A model generated the notes under the pieces. It was not told where the DNA came from. It did not search any database and was given only the letters and a program-made list of their open reading frames with translations. This document shows positions 35,215 to 48,800 of a stretch of 64,000 nt of DNA, one piece after another. Location: the NCBI GenBank assembly GCA_030141605.1, contig JAQGDQ010000044.1, forward strand, positions 62,001 through 126,000. Direction: 5' to 3'. Within the stretch, counting starts at the first letter, position 1, and each line of letters opens with the position of its first letter. A program made the position numbers and the translations under genes. This DNA comes from Tubiluchus corallicola. Taxonomy: Eukaryota; Animalia; Priapulida.

Positions 35215-36699
35215 GTCGTCTTCTCCTACTCTATAGTCATTGAGTACTTCCAATACAACATTTTTTTCTGTTCACATGCCATTACTCCTTTCTAAAATTG
35301 GAGTGAAAAAGATGCATCGTCGATGGAAAATCGTTGCAGGCATTCATTCCTCTTACACTTACGTGATGAGAAACACTCAAAGCAATTAATAATCTCGCCT
35401 TCGATGCACATAAAAGGTTCTGATTGATTTTCATTACTAAACCAATAGGCCATTACTAAAGCTGTAACCGAAGAATCGGTTAAACAGTGGAAAGTTGTGC
35501 ACATTGTCTTTTTGAACAATTTTTATTTCTTCTTTGAAACACACTAATATTTACCTAAAAGTATAGGAATTAGCAAATATGGACAAACATGATTAAACAT
35601 GCCAAACTGTGAAAAAAAATATGAAAAGGGTTCTAAAAAATAAACAACAGACTAATACCATACTGTCTTTATCGCATTTTAGATGAAAGATTAATGATTT
35701 TAGGTAGCCATTCAGAGTGACGTGAAACTGATTGTTGCAACTTCCAGCATTTCCAAAAGCTAATGTGGTACTTTGACTTTGTAAAACGTAGCTTTTTTGG
35801 AATATACATAATCTTTGTAGCTTTTTGGAATATACATAATCTTTGTAGCTGCACAGTATACATAATATAGGCCTATGTATTCATATACGTATATAATCTT
35901 GTTTAGAATAAATAATACATATACATAAAAATAAAATAAAAACATTGTTCATTGATGAAAAATAAAATTACAAACACCTATATGTGTGTAGGTATATAAA
36001 AACAGAGACCAATGCAGTTAGTATGTAAATGAGGTTTTAAAAGCAATAAGATAAAGTAAAGATGGGTTATAGATTCATTCCTTCCTAGCCTGCATAGACT
36101 ACTACAATGTGTATAATTACTTGAACTTCAGCAATGGCTTCCCAAAACGTGCATTAATTGAAATCATTTAGCAGAGTCTTATTCACTCCGTTCTGTCTAC
36201 TTTAAATGTACATGCTAAAAATACCACGTACATTATACATACAGCCAGCAAAAGCAGAAAAAATCAGTTTCATAACCAGAATAGCTTATGCATTAAACGG
36301 TTTTCTTGGAGAAACCTCCTTAACAGAACCATGCTGCTCTCTTTTGGTTTGTGTTAAGATTATTTTAATGCCACCCCACAATCTCTTGTAACCCAATTCC
36401 AGATATACAAACGGCTGCAAAACTCCCTCCGAGACGAGACTCATAAGAGCACATACTCTACTAGGCGAAAACCTGACCGACCGATCGAGTCAAATCAACT
36501 GTCCAACCATTTAAGATGGAGATTAGTTCTCTTAGGAAAGTTTACACTGTAGTCCTAATCACAAAACTTTCTTCACAAAAACCAAAAGAATGCAATAAGA
36601 AATCTACATTGGTTAAATTCTGGTATTAGCAGCCTCTTGTCTAATACATGTAACATTTGCTAGATTCCCGTATTTTCTAATGATTCTATTCGGAAAAAG

Positions 36700-37719
36700 T
36701 CAAGCTCGTGATGTCATTGTTGCTCTACCATTTTCCGCGAATGATGTCTCTCTGACTGCCGTCATTGTCTTGCAACCCAGTATAGCCTTAAATGCGTAAC
36801 GAAAGTCCTTGTTTTTCCATGCATAAATTATAGGATTTAGCAGCGAATTAAAAAATGTCAAAAGTAAAGAAATTCGTCGTAGAAGTGCAAACACAGGATG
36901 CCATGGAATGAGTATTACTAACAAGCAGTATATATTGAACGGGAGCCAACACGTAATGAACGCACCTACAACAATGAGCAGAAGCCTGGCTGCTTTATTG
37001 TTTTTCTTGTAAACAAAGTCTTGTGCATTTTCGCTGTGCGTCTGACGCATGTGTTGCCTTGCAATTTTGAACAAGCGTATGTAAACGACAAGCATGCATA
37101 CTGCAATAGAGAAAAAATGGACTTCCAGACAGAAAATGAGCGTTTCATTCAATGTGGTCTCAAACAGGCACCCTCCATCCGGTAAATATCTGCTTTTGTA
37201 GTGAGCCCAGCTTCCGACAAACAACGAATAAAGCCATGTGACACCGATAATCATTTTCACGCGATTGGGTTTCACTATGATTGGATATTGTAACGGATAA
37301 GCGATAGCTATGTATCGATCCATCGTCACTGCCAGCAAAGTCAAGACAGATTCCACTAACAGAGCAACGGTGACAGTGTACAGCATCAAACAACCATGTT
37401 TGGACAGTTTCTCTGGTATCATTATAACAAGCGTCGCTACGAGGTGAAGAAGCACCCCTGCCATCATGTCCGTAGCTGCAAGATTGGCGACATAATAGTT
37501 TGAATATGATTGAAGCTTCTCGTACTTGAAGATAGCGACAATAACAAGAACATTTGCAAACTCAATGCAAATTGCTAGTGTGTTGAACATTATAAGAATT
37601 ACAACCATTACGTTTTCCGACAAACCAGGAGCATCTTGCTGTGTTGCAGAAATATTACCGATTTCCTTAACAATGTTTTCTGTCAGTTCCAACTTGCTGT
37701 CGCCTTTTGGATCATCCAT
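36700..37719 (-). CDS. Intronless class A orphan GPCR, cluster 2 gene G
   Basis: First ATG is 37719 (frame open further upstream); close paralogue of gene F; DRY, CWLPF, NPIIY. Confidence 0.94.
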   Translation of the reverse strand: MDDPKGDSKLELTENIVKEIGNISATQQDAPGLSENVMVVILIMFNTLAICIEFANVLVIVAIFKYEKLQSYSNYYVANLAATDMMAGVLLHLVATLVIMIPEKLSKHGCLMLYTVTVALLVESVLTLLAVTMDRYIAIAYPLQYPIIVKPNRVKMIIGVTWLYSLFVGSWAHYKSRYLPDGGCLFETTLNETLIFCLEVHFFSIAVCMLVVYIRLFKIARQHMRQTHSENAQDFVYKKNNKAARLLLIVVGAFITCWLPFNIYCLLVILIPWHPVFALLRRISLLLTFFNSLLNPIIYAWKNKDFRYAFKAILGCKTMTAVRETSFAENGRATMTSRA

Positions 37720-39855
37720 CGTGCTGCCGTCGCCTGTTACTTGATGCTTTGGAAATACTCGTCTATGATGTATCTTTAAAGCGTTAATATTTGCCACTTT
37801 TGAAACACCCACGTGAACTCGAGCACTTGAACACTTCTTTGATGTGCAAAAGCTATTGCTTTCATGTTTCCAAAAGCACTTAAGCAGCTCAATTGCACGC
37901 AGAAGGCTAATTGGCTGATTGAATTACACATTATACTTACCAGTTTCTTACTTCAATATACAACATGGCATTGAATAAGGTAATTACTGAATTATTATCA
38001 GTGACAAAAGATCCATAAACTATCTCCAAGATGTGATACTTTCAATGAAAAGCCATTACTTGGCTGGCTTGTTTTTATTAGGTTTGAGTTCTTGTTTGGA
38101 AAATAACTACCTTAAGGCTTTGACAGGACACTAGATGCCAACAAATACTGTTAAGGTTGTAGCTTAAAATTGGTTCTACTGAAAGAAAAAGTTGGATAGG
38201 TTAACCTATTTAGCTGCAGATGGTTAAGATTACTGGGATGTGTGATTTTCTGTTTTCTGACAGTGTATTTAGGTCTGTGTTTAATTAACAAATCGCTTTA
38301 GCATAAATTAAGTAACAAGGCAAATTATTCTCATAATCACATGGTGTTTTAGCCATTTATGCACATCAGAATTTATTTGTAAATTGAAATATAATACATG
38401 TACAATCATCACCTTACAACCTGTGCAATGTGTGGCTTGCATGCACAATCACAAGGAAAGAACTAGAATAATTTATGAAAAAAGTCTTACAATAAAGAAA
38501 TGTGAAAAGAGATCACATTGCACTACATTGTTATATGCTACTTCAGGCGAAAATCATCATGTGCAGATATTAAAAAGTTTTGGCATTTTAGAATTTGTAA
38601 CAAAAGCAGCAGTTAGGCACAGAAAGAAAGAAGAAAATCACAAACGTGCCACTAACTATGGCTCTGAAAATACCGGGTACAAAGTAAAGGAATATAATAA
38701 ACAGATAAACAGTACTGTGCTGCTAGTGATATTTTATGCTTTTTGTTTGTTTTTTGTGCACTTTACTAGTGATTGTACTATAAATTATTAAACCCAAAAG
38801 TCAGTAGTATAATGGTTATTCATGTTTTTCTTTTTATTCTACTTAAAATAGCACACACAGTGGCACAACGAGCAGTTGTGTCTGTTTGCCATATTGTGAT
38901 ACAGCTTACTAAGTCAGAGATTCACAATGATTACAAAGTAAGGCACAACAACTTTTCACATTATGTAGTACAAGCTGTACAACACTGTTGCACTTTTGGC
39001 TAAGGACTTTTGGGAAATGAACATTGAGTAAACCCAATGTCTTTCACAATCAATTCAAAAATATGATGTAACATGAGAAGTAAATGAGAAAATGCACTGT
39101 CATCTAAATACCTGCCAAATTAGCTTTGGCAATTGCAAATACCTCAGGCTATAACTGATTAAAAACTATTAACATGAGAGCCAAGGACTTGATAACCAGC
39201 ATGCTCACCGTATATGTACATAACTTAGAACAAGGATATACACAATAGTATAATAGCAATAAAAAATTCGAGAATATTGCACTAAGAGAATAATATATAC
39301 ATGACAAAGACACGCTAAGTCAATAAATAACATTTCATATGTATAACAAAGCATACAAAAGACTTGCACGAATTACGTAATTGTACAATGACTTCCAGAA
39401 ATCTGACTTGTGCAAAATAATATTTCACAATATATAACGAGATTCTCAAAAATAGAACGCAAGGAAAACTTCAACTTGAAATTCATATTCCTGTGCTCAA
39501 AAGGTGTTGGGAGTAGAGAATATTGATTTTCTTATTCATTAGTAAGCTTGAATTGTAGCAGTCTTCTAGGGTAACCTTTGCTTTATAATGGGTTAAATAT
39601 AAAAATCAATTTGTAGATTTTGTACACTGTTTATGCACCTTATTTTCCTATATCAATCTGAAATAATATATGAAGCATTGATTCAGTAGTAAGTGATAAA
39701 TGTTTTAGCATCTTCTTGCACTGATTCAGTACCAAGTGATGATTTTCTTTTCGTCTTGTTCGGCTAGAAAATTCTCGATGTCGCTTTGCTTTGCAATCAG
39801 TGATGCCAAGATGCATCATCCAAAATCTGTCCACTTCTTATAGTATAGGGGAAAT

Positions 39856-42800
39856 TTACAAGTATGTCCTAATAGAAAATATAGTTTTAATCTTAGATAC
39901 CACCAATGACAAATTCATAGTAGTTAAAACCAAGCATAATATAAAAAACATCACTAATAATAAAAAACTAGCGGGCTCTTATCAGTGCCGTGCAAACATT
40001 CTGAACAACATTTTCTCCTCACCTTCGAAATTGTGACCTGATTTGTGTCAGTTCAAAAAGATGGTTTAAGAACTAGAACTCACGAATTGTCATTACTTCT
40101 GTTTTAATCTCTGGGAAATTACTGCAAAATTTGCTACAAGTGGTTTCCAGTATAGGACAGCTGATATTTATGGAAATTGGGATTGCCTCCAACATGAAAC
40201 ATTACTGGTTACACGGGAGTTGTAGTTGTTAAGTAGCTGGTAAGTAACACATTCGACACCAAAATGTGACCGGTCAACCCTAAATGAAGCTGTTGTACAT
40301 AATATAGTCATCAATTCATGAATCATCCACATCTAATTACCTTTACTGCAATACTGATGTATTGAAATTATTTGTACTTACACGTCGTCTTTTTTCTGCG
40401 TTGCCACGGCGAGTGTTAATGAATTCTGCAACAAAGCAAAATACGAAAATTAAAACCACAATTAGCCTTCTTCGTGTAATTAGCACCCATACTTAATGCT
40501 ATCTTGCTGTTGCACGGCAATATTGTAGAAAGTCTTGTAACTTGGTTTTTGCAGGTGTTCCGCACTTCCTACAAAATCTCATACCTGGATGAGTAATACA
40601 TTCGGGAATTAAGGAATGAGCTTTTTTGAAAAACGTTTATTCGACTTAACATAGAAACATGTTTAAGCAAAAAAATTGGTATTAGCAATAATTACTCAAC
40701 ATTTCAGAATAGAAATTTCCTAATACTTTCACCTAGTTCGCAAAGTTTAAATGGACATTATTAAAACAATGCGCATAGAGATTTATACATACCCCGGGGC
40801 CACTGATGACTTCCTTGAGCACTTGCTGAGCTTGTGATAGTGTAATGTTGAGCAAGGATCTTCCATTAACCATCAATAATTGATCACCTTTTTTCAATCC
40901 ACCTACAAACATCAGACAACAAGAAATGGTAAATTCCTAAAACATTACCGTGAAGAAACATGACTAGCCGAATACGCCTTTTCACAGTTTCGTTATGCCA
41001 CACGTGCAGTTGCTGTAGTTAACTTAAGCAACACGTCTTAACTACAACCGTCACGTGACATACATATGGGTAAAGCAAGTCTGTAAGCCGCATCAGTTCA
41101 GTAACTTCAGTTGATTAACTTTACTTAATTATGAATTACTCTGTGCATAGGGTGATTTACTAACAGGACCTTGCTTAGGAACAAGAAAACATGAACTACG
41201 TAAAGTTCTAGCTAGCTGTTAAAACTGTTAGTATTGCAACAGCTTGTGCTGTGAGATGTTGTCAACTGTACACAAATGTGTAGTCTGGTTCGCTTAACCT
41301 TTGACCTTTTCACAATCATCAATTGCTGGAACTGTGAAAAGGTTTATTCCAGTTTGAAAAAAGACTGAGAAAAGAAGGTACCATATTTGTAAATGCTGCC
41401 ACTCTGGAATATCTCTGCTACAACAATTCGTCCATTATGCTTTTTTGAATCAGTCCCACCTTCAAGAGCCACACCTAATGGACCATCCTGTTCAAATATC
41501 ATAAAGAGTTAAATAAAGCAGTAATGTGTGCATTGAGTAATAAATAGCCTACTTATTACTCGTGATGTGTGATTTGTGATAACTACTGCTTCACCATTTG
41601 CACTTCATTTGACATACCACTGCTAAAAATATTGTGAAAGCCTGCACATTGGCATTAAATTTTGCAGTTGTTTCATTTCATTCTATACATTTCATACAGA
41701 CATTACTAACCTTACTGTAAGTTAAGTTCTTCACTTCTTTACCACTCAGTTGTGTTAACGAAAACTGTAAAAAAATCAATATTTTGTTAAACCACACGCA
41801 CAGTGCACACTTGTGGAGGGTCAGGTGTCAAGTACTGCCCCGGTTTAAACGAGATAAAGAATTTCTAATAAACTGATTTATGTTAAGAAATGTACCAAAT
41901 TTTCCTTTTTTCCCCTGGTGCAAATGTGGCTATTTCTACTTCCACAGCTAAGGAACGCTTTTGTTCAACAGACACAATGGTTCGCACATGACTAAAGCCT
42001 TATTTCTATTATCCACAGAGTATCTATTTTTAGCATAATAGCAAAAACCTTGTTTAACAAAAAATGTAACGATGTAATAGCTGCAGTTTTGCCAGTACAT
42101 CTATTCAATGCAATGCATCAGTGTATAAACTAGACTTGGAAGTCTGAAGATCAGAAATGAATATAAATTAATGGCTGAATCCTACACATTAAACTGTAAA
42201 GGTTTAGCTTTGTTGATATAATATGCAAGGCGTCATGTCTTAACAAATCGTGTAAATTTTCTGCAAATGTGGTTGGGTGATTATGTGTTGGCTTTAACAG
42301 CTTTCAAAGCTAAAACACTATTTTGTGGCTCCACCTACATTGCATTATAGAAAACTAGATTTATTAAAAGTACTTGCTTGAACAACTACATGGTAAATAG
42401 AAAACTACAAAGCTATGACACTGACCAATAGAGGCACTTGCATTGACATCCAACAAAAGCTTTTTGCAAAAAACATCCAACAAGTCAAAGCGAAACAACA
42501 TATGTCGTAAATCATAAAATGCTGTGTCAGCAAAATCATTAATCAAACTGTCTCCATCTTCTTGAATCTAAATACTTTTAAATCTTATTTATATTTCTCT
42601 TAAATCTATAGCATTTGCATTTATTCTTTTGCTATTTGTGTCAACTGGTTTGTTTCAAATATTGTAACTTCCAATCAGCCAAGTACTTTTTGCTCTTGAA
42701 GGTGATAGCAACACCAATTTTTTTTACTGTTCAAGGAATAATTAAGCGTCTTTTCTTAGAGGAACACAGGACGATTTTTATATACTACCCCACTTTCAAG

Positions 42801-45800
42801 TCCGATAAAAATCGGTATACATTTTAACACATTTAATACTGCAAAAGCGTTTCGGATAATTAAATAATAGATTAAAAACTTAATTAATGATGGGCGAGTC
42901 CAACTGTTGATGACATCACAAATTTTCAGCAGCAAAAATATTCTACGAGCATGTTGCACGTGTTTGTGAAAACAAAAATTGAAGTACAGTGCTACTGCAA
43001 GATATTCAGTGTGTTGTACCAAAACTAGGCAAGTTTTAAGATAAAAATTCAAACTTCAAATTTACTGCTGTGCTCACGCATGAGCTGTCGAACGTGTGTA
43101 GTTCGTCACATACTAACACATCTGAACTGAGAGGAACAGCACCTGCTTTTTGTGCAATGCCTTTCCGGAATGCAGGCGCTAGTACCAGTCTAACTAGTGA
43201 ATTGCGAAATGCACGTAACAGCGAAGAACTAGTGAACCGAACACGAAAATGTGTTTATGCGGTAATAATTCTTTCACGTAAGTGTTATAATAATATTTTA
43301 AAGAGTAGATTGTTTTGAATTACAGTTTAACATTGGATCTGGCTTTGTTTTAGCTTATGATCTTATCAATAGCATTGGTAAAATGCCATGGCCAATATAC
43401 AACAGTGGTTATTTTTACTCAAAAATCTGTACTGTAATGTACAACTATTAACAGCGCATTCTATCGACACTAACAAATCTAATATATTGTTGCTAGAGTT
43501 GAACAATGGATGTATCGGTAAACTCAATGTAGACAGTAGATCTATCACAGAAAACTTTTTCCTACAGTTAAGCTTATCACACTCACCATCTTTGCTAATT
43601 CAGAATCATCTACTGCCTCCACATGACTGTAAAAGCAAACGAAAATATTAGTTTTTTTTCTCACATAACATAAGGAAAATTGTGCAAAAGAAAAATCAGT
43701 GTGGAATTTTTTTGCATAATATGCCCTACCGTATGTTAAATACTGCAACGCATGTCATGTATTTACACAAACATATTGTAATAGCATGATTCATGCATGG
43801 GCTAGTAGAAGATTTTTTGCTGTTAAGTTATAAAATGATCCAGTCATAAAACAACAAAACAAACCAGTGAACATTACGCACCCATTTGTCTTTCCGTTGA
43901 TACCTTTCTCCGATGAGTATCCGCTGCTGCCGGATGCTGATGACAGATTATCTATCTGAGCTGGTTGTCCGGAATCAGGAGATGCTCGTGGAGTCAGTGC
44001 ACTTGGATGATTTTCTACAGCCTCCATCTGAAATTGAATGGCTTTGATAAACAATTGTTCAGTGATGATCAGTGTTAAGATAATGTGCTCATAATTGCTA
44101 TACTTTGCTTTCAAATGAATCCAAGTTTTTTCCATTTATTTTGTAAGTTGTGTCCAGCTGTCTTTTTGGAATAATTCTTGTGAGAAAGTCGGCTTAAATA
44201 TACAAGAAAACACCATTCGTAAATAAAGCTTAAAAAATCACCTTGAAATTTTATATCACTTACATGTTGTCTTATTGGATAACAGGCTTACGTTAACAGT
44301 AACTCTGTATAAAACATGTAAATTTAAACACCCGCTATGACCATTAGATGCAAAGCCATTTTGATGGTATTGCCATTAAGATTAAAAAAAACGTTTTTGG
44401 AGAACAAGAGATACACAATGACATGGTGAAACAGTGCTCTTTTACCAGGTGATGTGAATATTTTAAATTCTTGAGTATTTTCTTTTGCATTTACATAAGT
44501 CTTTCAAACAGGTAAGTGTAATGCTAAGCATAACTTTACATGGAAAGTTTCTTTTTCTTCCCCTTTAGAAGGTTGTGATCTCCGAACAATCATATGACAC
44601 TGGAGAACCAGAACTGCAGCAAAATCTCTATGTTTTAAGTTTACAAAAAAAAAAGAAATTTGATTGAACTACAGAAAATAACAGCTAAATTATAAGTATT
44701 GTCAGAATTGAATGAAAAAACATTAAATAGGGAAGCTGCGTCTGAAAGGCGGGCATTCTGCGTTTTTTAAAATGCAGCTTCACGATATGCAAGCTGGATC
44801 TGTCAGTCATGGCAGGACATACTTAAAGGGGAAGAAAAGCAAATTAAAATATGTCTCAAAAAACTTAGTCTAAAAAGTTATGATTATTGTACTTAACATT
44901 ACGCTTAGCTGTTATAATGTTTGCACTGACTGCTAAAACATCACCGTATTCACCTTCCCAGTATGAACCACTGACTCACCAAAAACACATCACTGATCTT
45001 ATTGCTAATATAAGGTAATTTAAAATTTTGCTTTGTTGGTAAAGTGTGCATTGCGAATACTCTGTTTATTATCTCGAAATTTACACCAATGTTACCTAAA
45101 ACTTATTCAAATGGTTTGCCGCTAAAATGGTTGCACCTAGCGGTCATTGCGGAAATTAAATTTACAGCATTACTGCTAACGCAAGCTCTGTATGCAAAAA
45201 GACAAAATGTGATACAAAATATTAATATGAATTTTTTAAGCTTTAGTTGTCTCCACTTAGTTGCCCTTTAATGCACATAGTCATGGCGAGACGGACACTG
45301 AGAGCACAATCCTCTAAAAAGATTCTGAACCAGCGGAGGTGTCTTAGCTACGCTCCAATGCATCTACTTTCTCCTTTAAGAAAATAAATATTTGGAGGCT
45401 GCATGGTAGGTGAAACTAGTCAAGTATCAACTTTACCCGATAAGTAAATACTATAGCCATTCAGCTAAGAAATGCAACTCTGTCAATCTTTCTACTTTTC
45501 TTTCAATCAAAATTGACGTCTTATAACACAAGACTTATAGTTCTGTCATTCTGTGATTTCATATCAATTACACCACAAAATACCTTAGTTTTCAATTCCA
45601 GATTCCTCTTCTCTTGCAGTTGCTGCTGTCTGCTCTTTTCTGATGTCTTTGTGGGTTTTTCCTGTTTATTAAAGCTTTCTCTGTCTAAAAACACAACACA
45701 CACATATTACACATGCAGTTATCCTACATGTGTAGAAAAGGCAACAGAAAATTCTAATTCATTATTATTATTTCTCAAAATGAATGAGTGTAAGTGCAAT

Positions 45801-48800
45801 TTAATATAAGGTTAGATGTTCTTACAGCACGTACCTCTGTTTTTCACAAATCTACCGTAACTGGGAATTTGTTCTCCGCCGCCCTGTAACCGCTTCTCTG
45901 ATTCTGATTCTGTGCTATGGACGTCGGCTATTGTAATGTGACCACTACTGCTTGATGTTAAGCTACTGGAACTAATAAAATCAGAAAAAAGTCTAAGCTC
46001 AGAATAAGAATTATGCTAAAGCAGGTAGTCCATAGAAAGTCATATTTTTAAATATGTACTCTGTAAAAATAAAATCATAAGAACAAAAAAACAAATGGCA
46101 TACGTAAATATGCTTTGCGCTTACACAGATTATATATTTCACTTCGTTTAACATTTGCATTTAGTGGCTGACTTACAACCTATGTAACTTACGATTGCTC
46201 AACTTTACGACACAACAAATACTTAATTAATTATACAAAACTGATACTAACTCATATTTCCTTCTTTTTTAAGCATATTAATTCTAAATCACCATCTGTT
46301 GCAACAAATCCATACTTAATGAACATACACATGCAACATCTTACGTGTAGGAGTGCACCAATTGAACACACGCGTCCAATCGTCTTGCGACCAATTTGCC
46401 AGAACCGACTGAAGTCATAGGTCGACGACTACCTGTATTAATGTAATGTGCATGATGATACCTGTTACGACGAGATCTGTAATTCAGCATTCGGTCTGAC
46501 GACGAGTCTCTGGTCTCCGCTGCAGGATAATTTGTGTACTGACGATGATTAGAAAGAGAACGTTCGGACCGTCGAGACTGCATCGTATCGTTCGCAGAGA
46601 TGTTTGTTCCGCTCACGCGATTTGTTCGCAGAGCTGGTTCTGATTGTCGAGAACGTAACGTGTCGGTCATTGAAAGATTAGAAGACGAGCGACGTGATCG
46701 TCCAGATTGCTGAGACTGCAACGTGTCTGTTGCAGAATGCATTGAGGAGGGTCGTAATGTATCCAATGACTGTACATCATCTAACATGTCCATCAACTCC
46801 AGACCCTTAAAGACAATAAGAGAATAAAAGTCAAGTTTGTTTTGTCCATGCACGTTTATGGGTTAGTTGGCACTAATAGACTTATAATTTAAGAGTGCAT
46901 GATGGCGAAAGTGCTAATAACAAAACATGTTAATATAGGGCAGGTCCATCTTAATGCATGGGCAGGGTGGACAGTTGTCTGGGGGACCCACGAGCATAGG
47001 ATCCCCATGCTAATTTATGTATCTTGTGTCTTGCTGTCAATAATGAAATACTGTACTATACTAATCTAAAATATTTGTTCTTGTATTACAAGTGGACATG
47101 TTGTTGTTATATGTTGAAATTGTTGTGTTTTTCAAGACTCATGTTATATTGTTCAATCAAACGGTTGTGTTGATTAATCTTTGCTATATAGTACGTTTAA
47201 AACACTGATTTTGTTGTAAGTACCAATACAATAAATGTGTATGTAATTTTATCATCCATTTTCATTTTTATTCTTGCGAGTGGTTGTTTAGTGCACAGCT
47301 TTGCCCAAGGGCCTGTGATGATGTTAAGATGCAGTATCCTACAGGACTTACACTAGGACAGTGAAGCTATAGATGCAATTCTACGTGTAAACAAATAATC
47401 TAGTAATGAAATGTAAAATAACACTTACTCCTCCTTTACGAACAGTCAGCTCTAGCTGCTTTCGTGATTTCAGGCATAAAACAGCCTAGAAAACAAAGAA
47501 AAACATTTACAGTTTAGAGCACCAGGAATATTCAATAATTTTCTTACGGTGTCATGTCATAGTGTTGTAGTTTTGATCCATTAGATCACTCATTCAATAC
47601 ATTGATCTTCAGCATCAATTCCATTTTGAACAATCCTAAATATCATATTGCAGGCAATATGATAACCTATTTTCGTATTTTCTGCCAAATTAGCACATTT
47701 TCCCCCAAACTATCCACTGTATATTACAGCAAATATACTGCATACTCAGTAAGTAACTATAACACCAAAAAGTGACATTAACAAGTGTAAAATTAAATTT
47801 ATTAAAACACATGGAATGTCACTAGATTCTGAACATGTGGAATCAAGCCTTATCATCATGAGCATTCTTTTTACAAATGAGCGTTTTTTAAGGAACTGCG
47901 ACCATCACACTTTGGACTGCAATGAAATCAAAATTAGGAGTAATGTTCTAAATGTTTTCTGTGCACAATGCTTTCAAGCTTTTTCTTTTTCTTTTGCATT
48001 TCTAAATTTTACTATAATTATCGATCGTACTGCCTCCTTTTTGTACGGTATGAAGTGTCAAATTATCGTGTTCTGATAATTATCGTATAAACGGAACACT
48101 GATCTTCGGCTTCACATTCATACAAAATTGTGCAAACACAACCGTGGTCTTCATTGAACAATTACAGCTCTCGAACAATAAATTTTATTATGATAAATTG
48201 TATCTCAGTACAAACATTGGCTAGAGTTGTGTCAGATTAGAAAACAGTGATTACTAGTTAAATAAGTTTGTACTACCAAATCAGTAATTTTCTTTGGGGA
48301 CGTTGTAGTAGATTTAGGCCTGAAGAAAATTCGTACTTTACTACTAGCTATCACGTGGATTGCGATGCAAGAATCTTGGTTCTGCTTTGGAAGACAGATA
48401 AGTTCAAGTTCTTGCACGTCCTCAGTAGATGTTTCATTACTATACGTAGGATGCTGTAGGTACATGCGGTATGTGTTGTTTTAGGCTATTCACGAGGTCC
48501 ATGCATTAGATAACATGGGGGGTTTCAGTATATAAATGTGTTCTTGCAAACCAAAACTGTCCACAAAACTATGTTATGATGCTTCAAAGCAGAATGCAAC
48601 AAAAATTTGGTGAAATTTCATTTTTGTATTTTATAAAAACAAGCACTACATATATATTGGACATTTATATTCTAGAATCAAATCATCAGAAAAAGTTCAG
48701 AAAATACTAAAAATTTAATTTTATAAACCCTTACCCAATTTTCCAGTCTAAAAAACTAACACTGCAGTGCGAGAATTTTTGGTATTTTCAAGCTCCGACA

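Noticed and set aside
3158-37719. Assigning the GPCRs as opsins or named aminergic/adenosine receptors
   Set aside because: No Lys7.43 and no Asp3.32; motifs support only orphan class A status, so no gene symbols are given.
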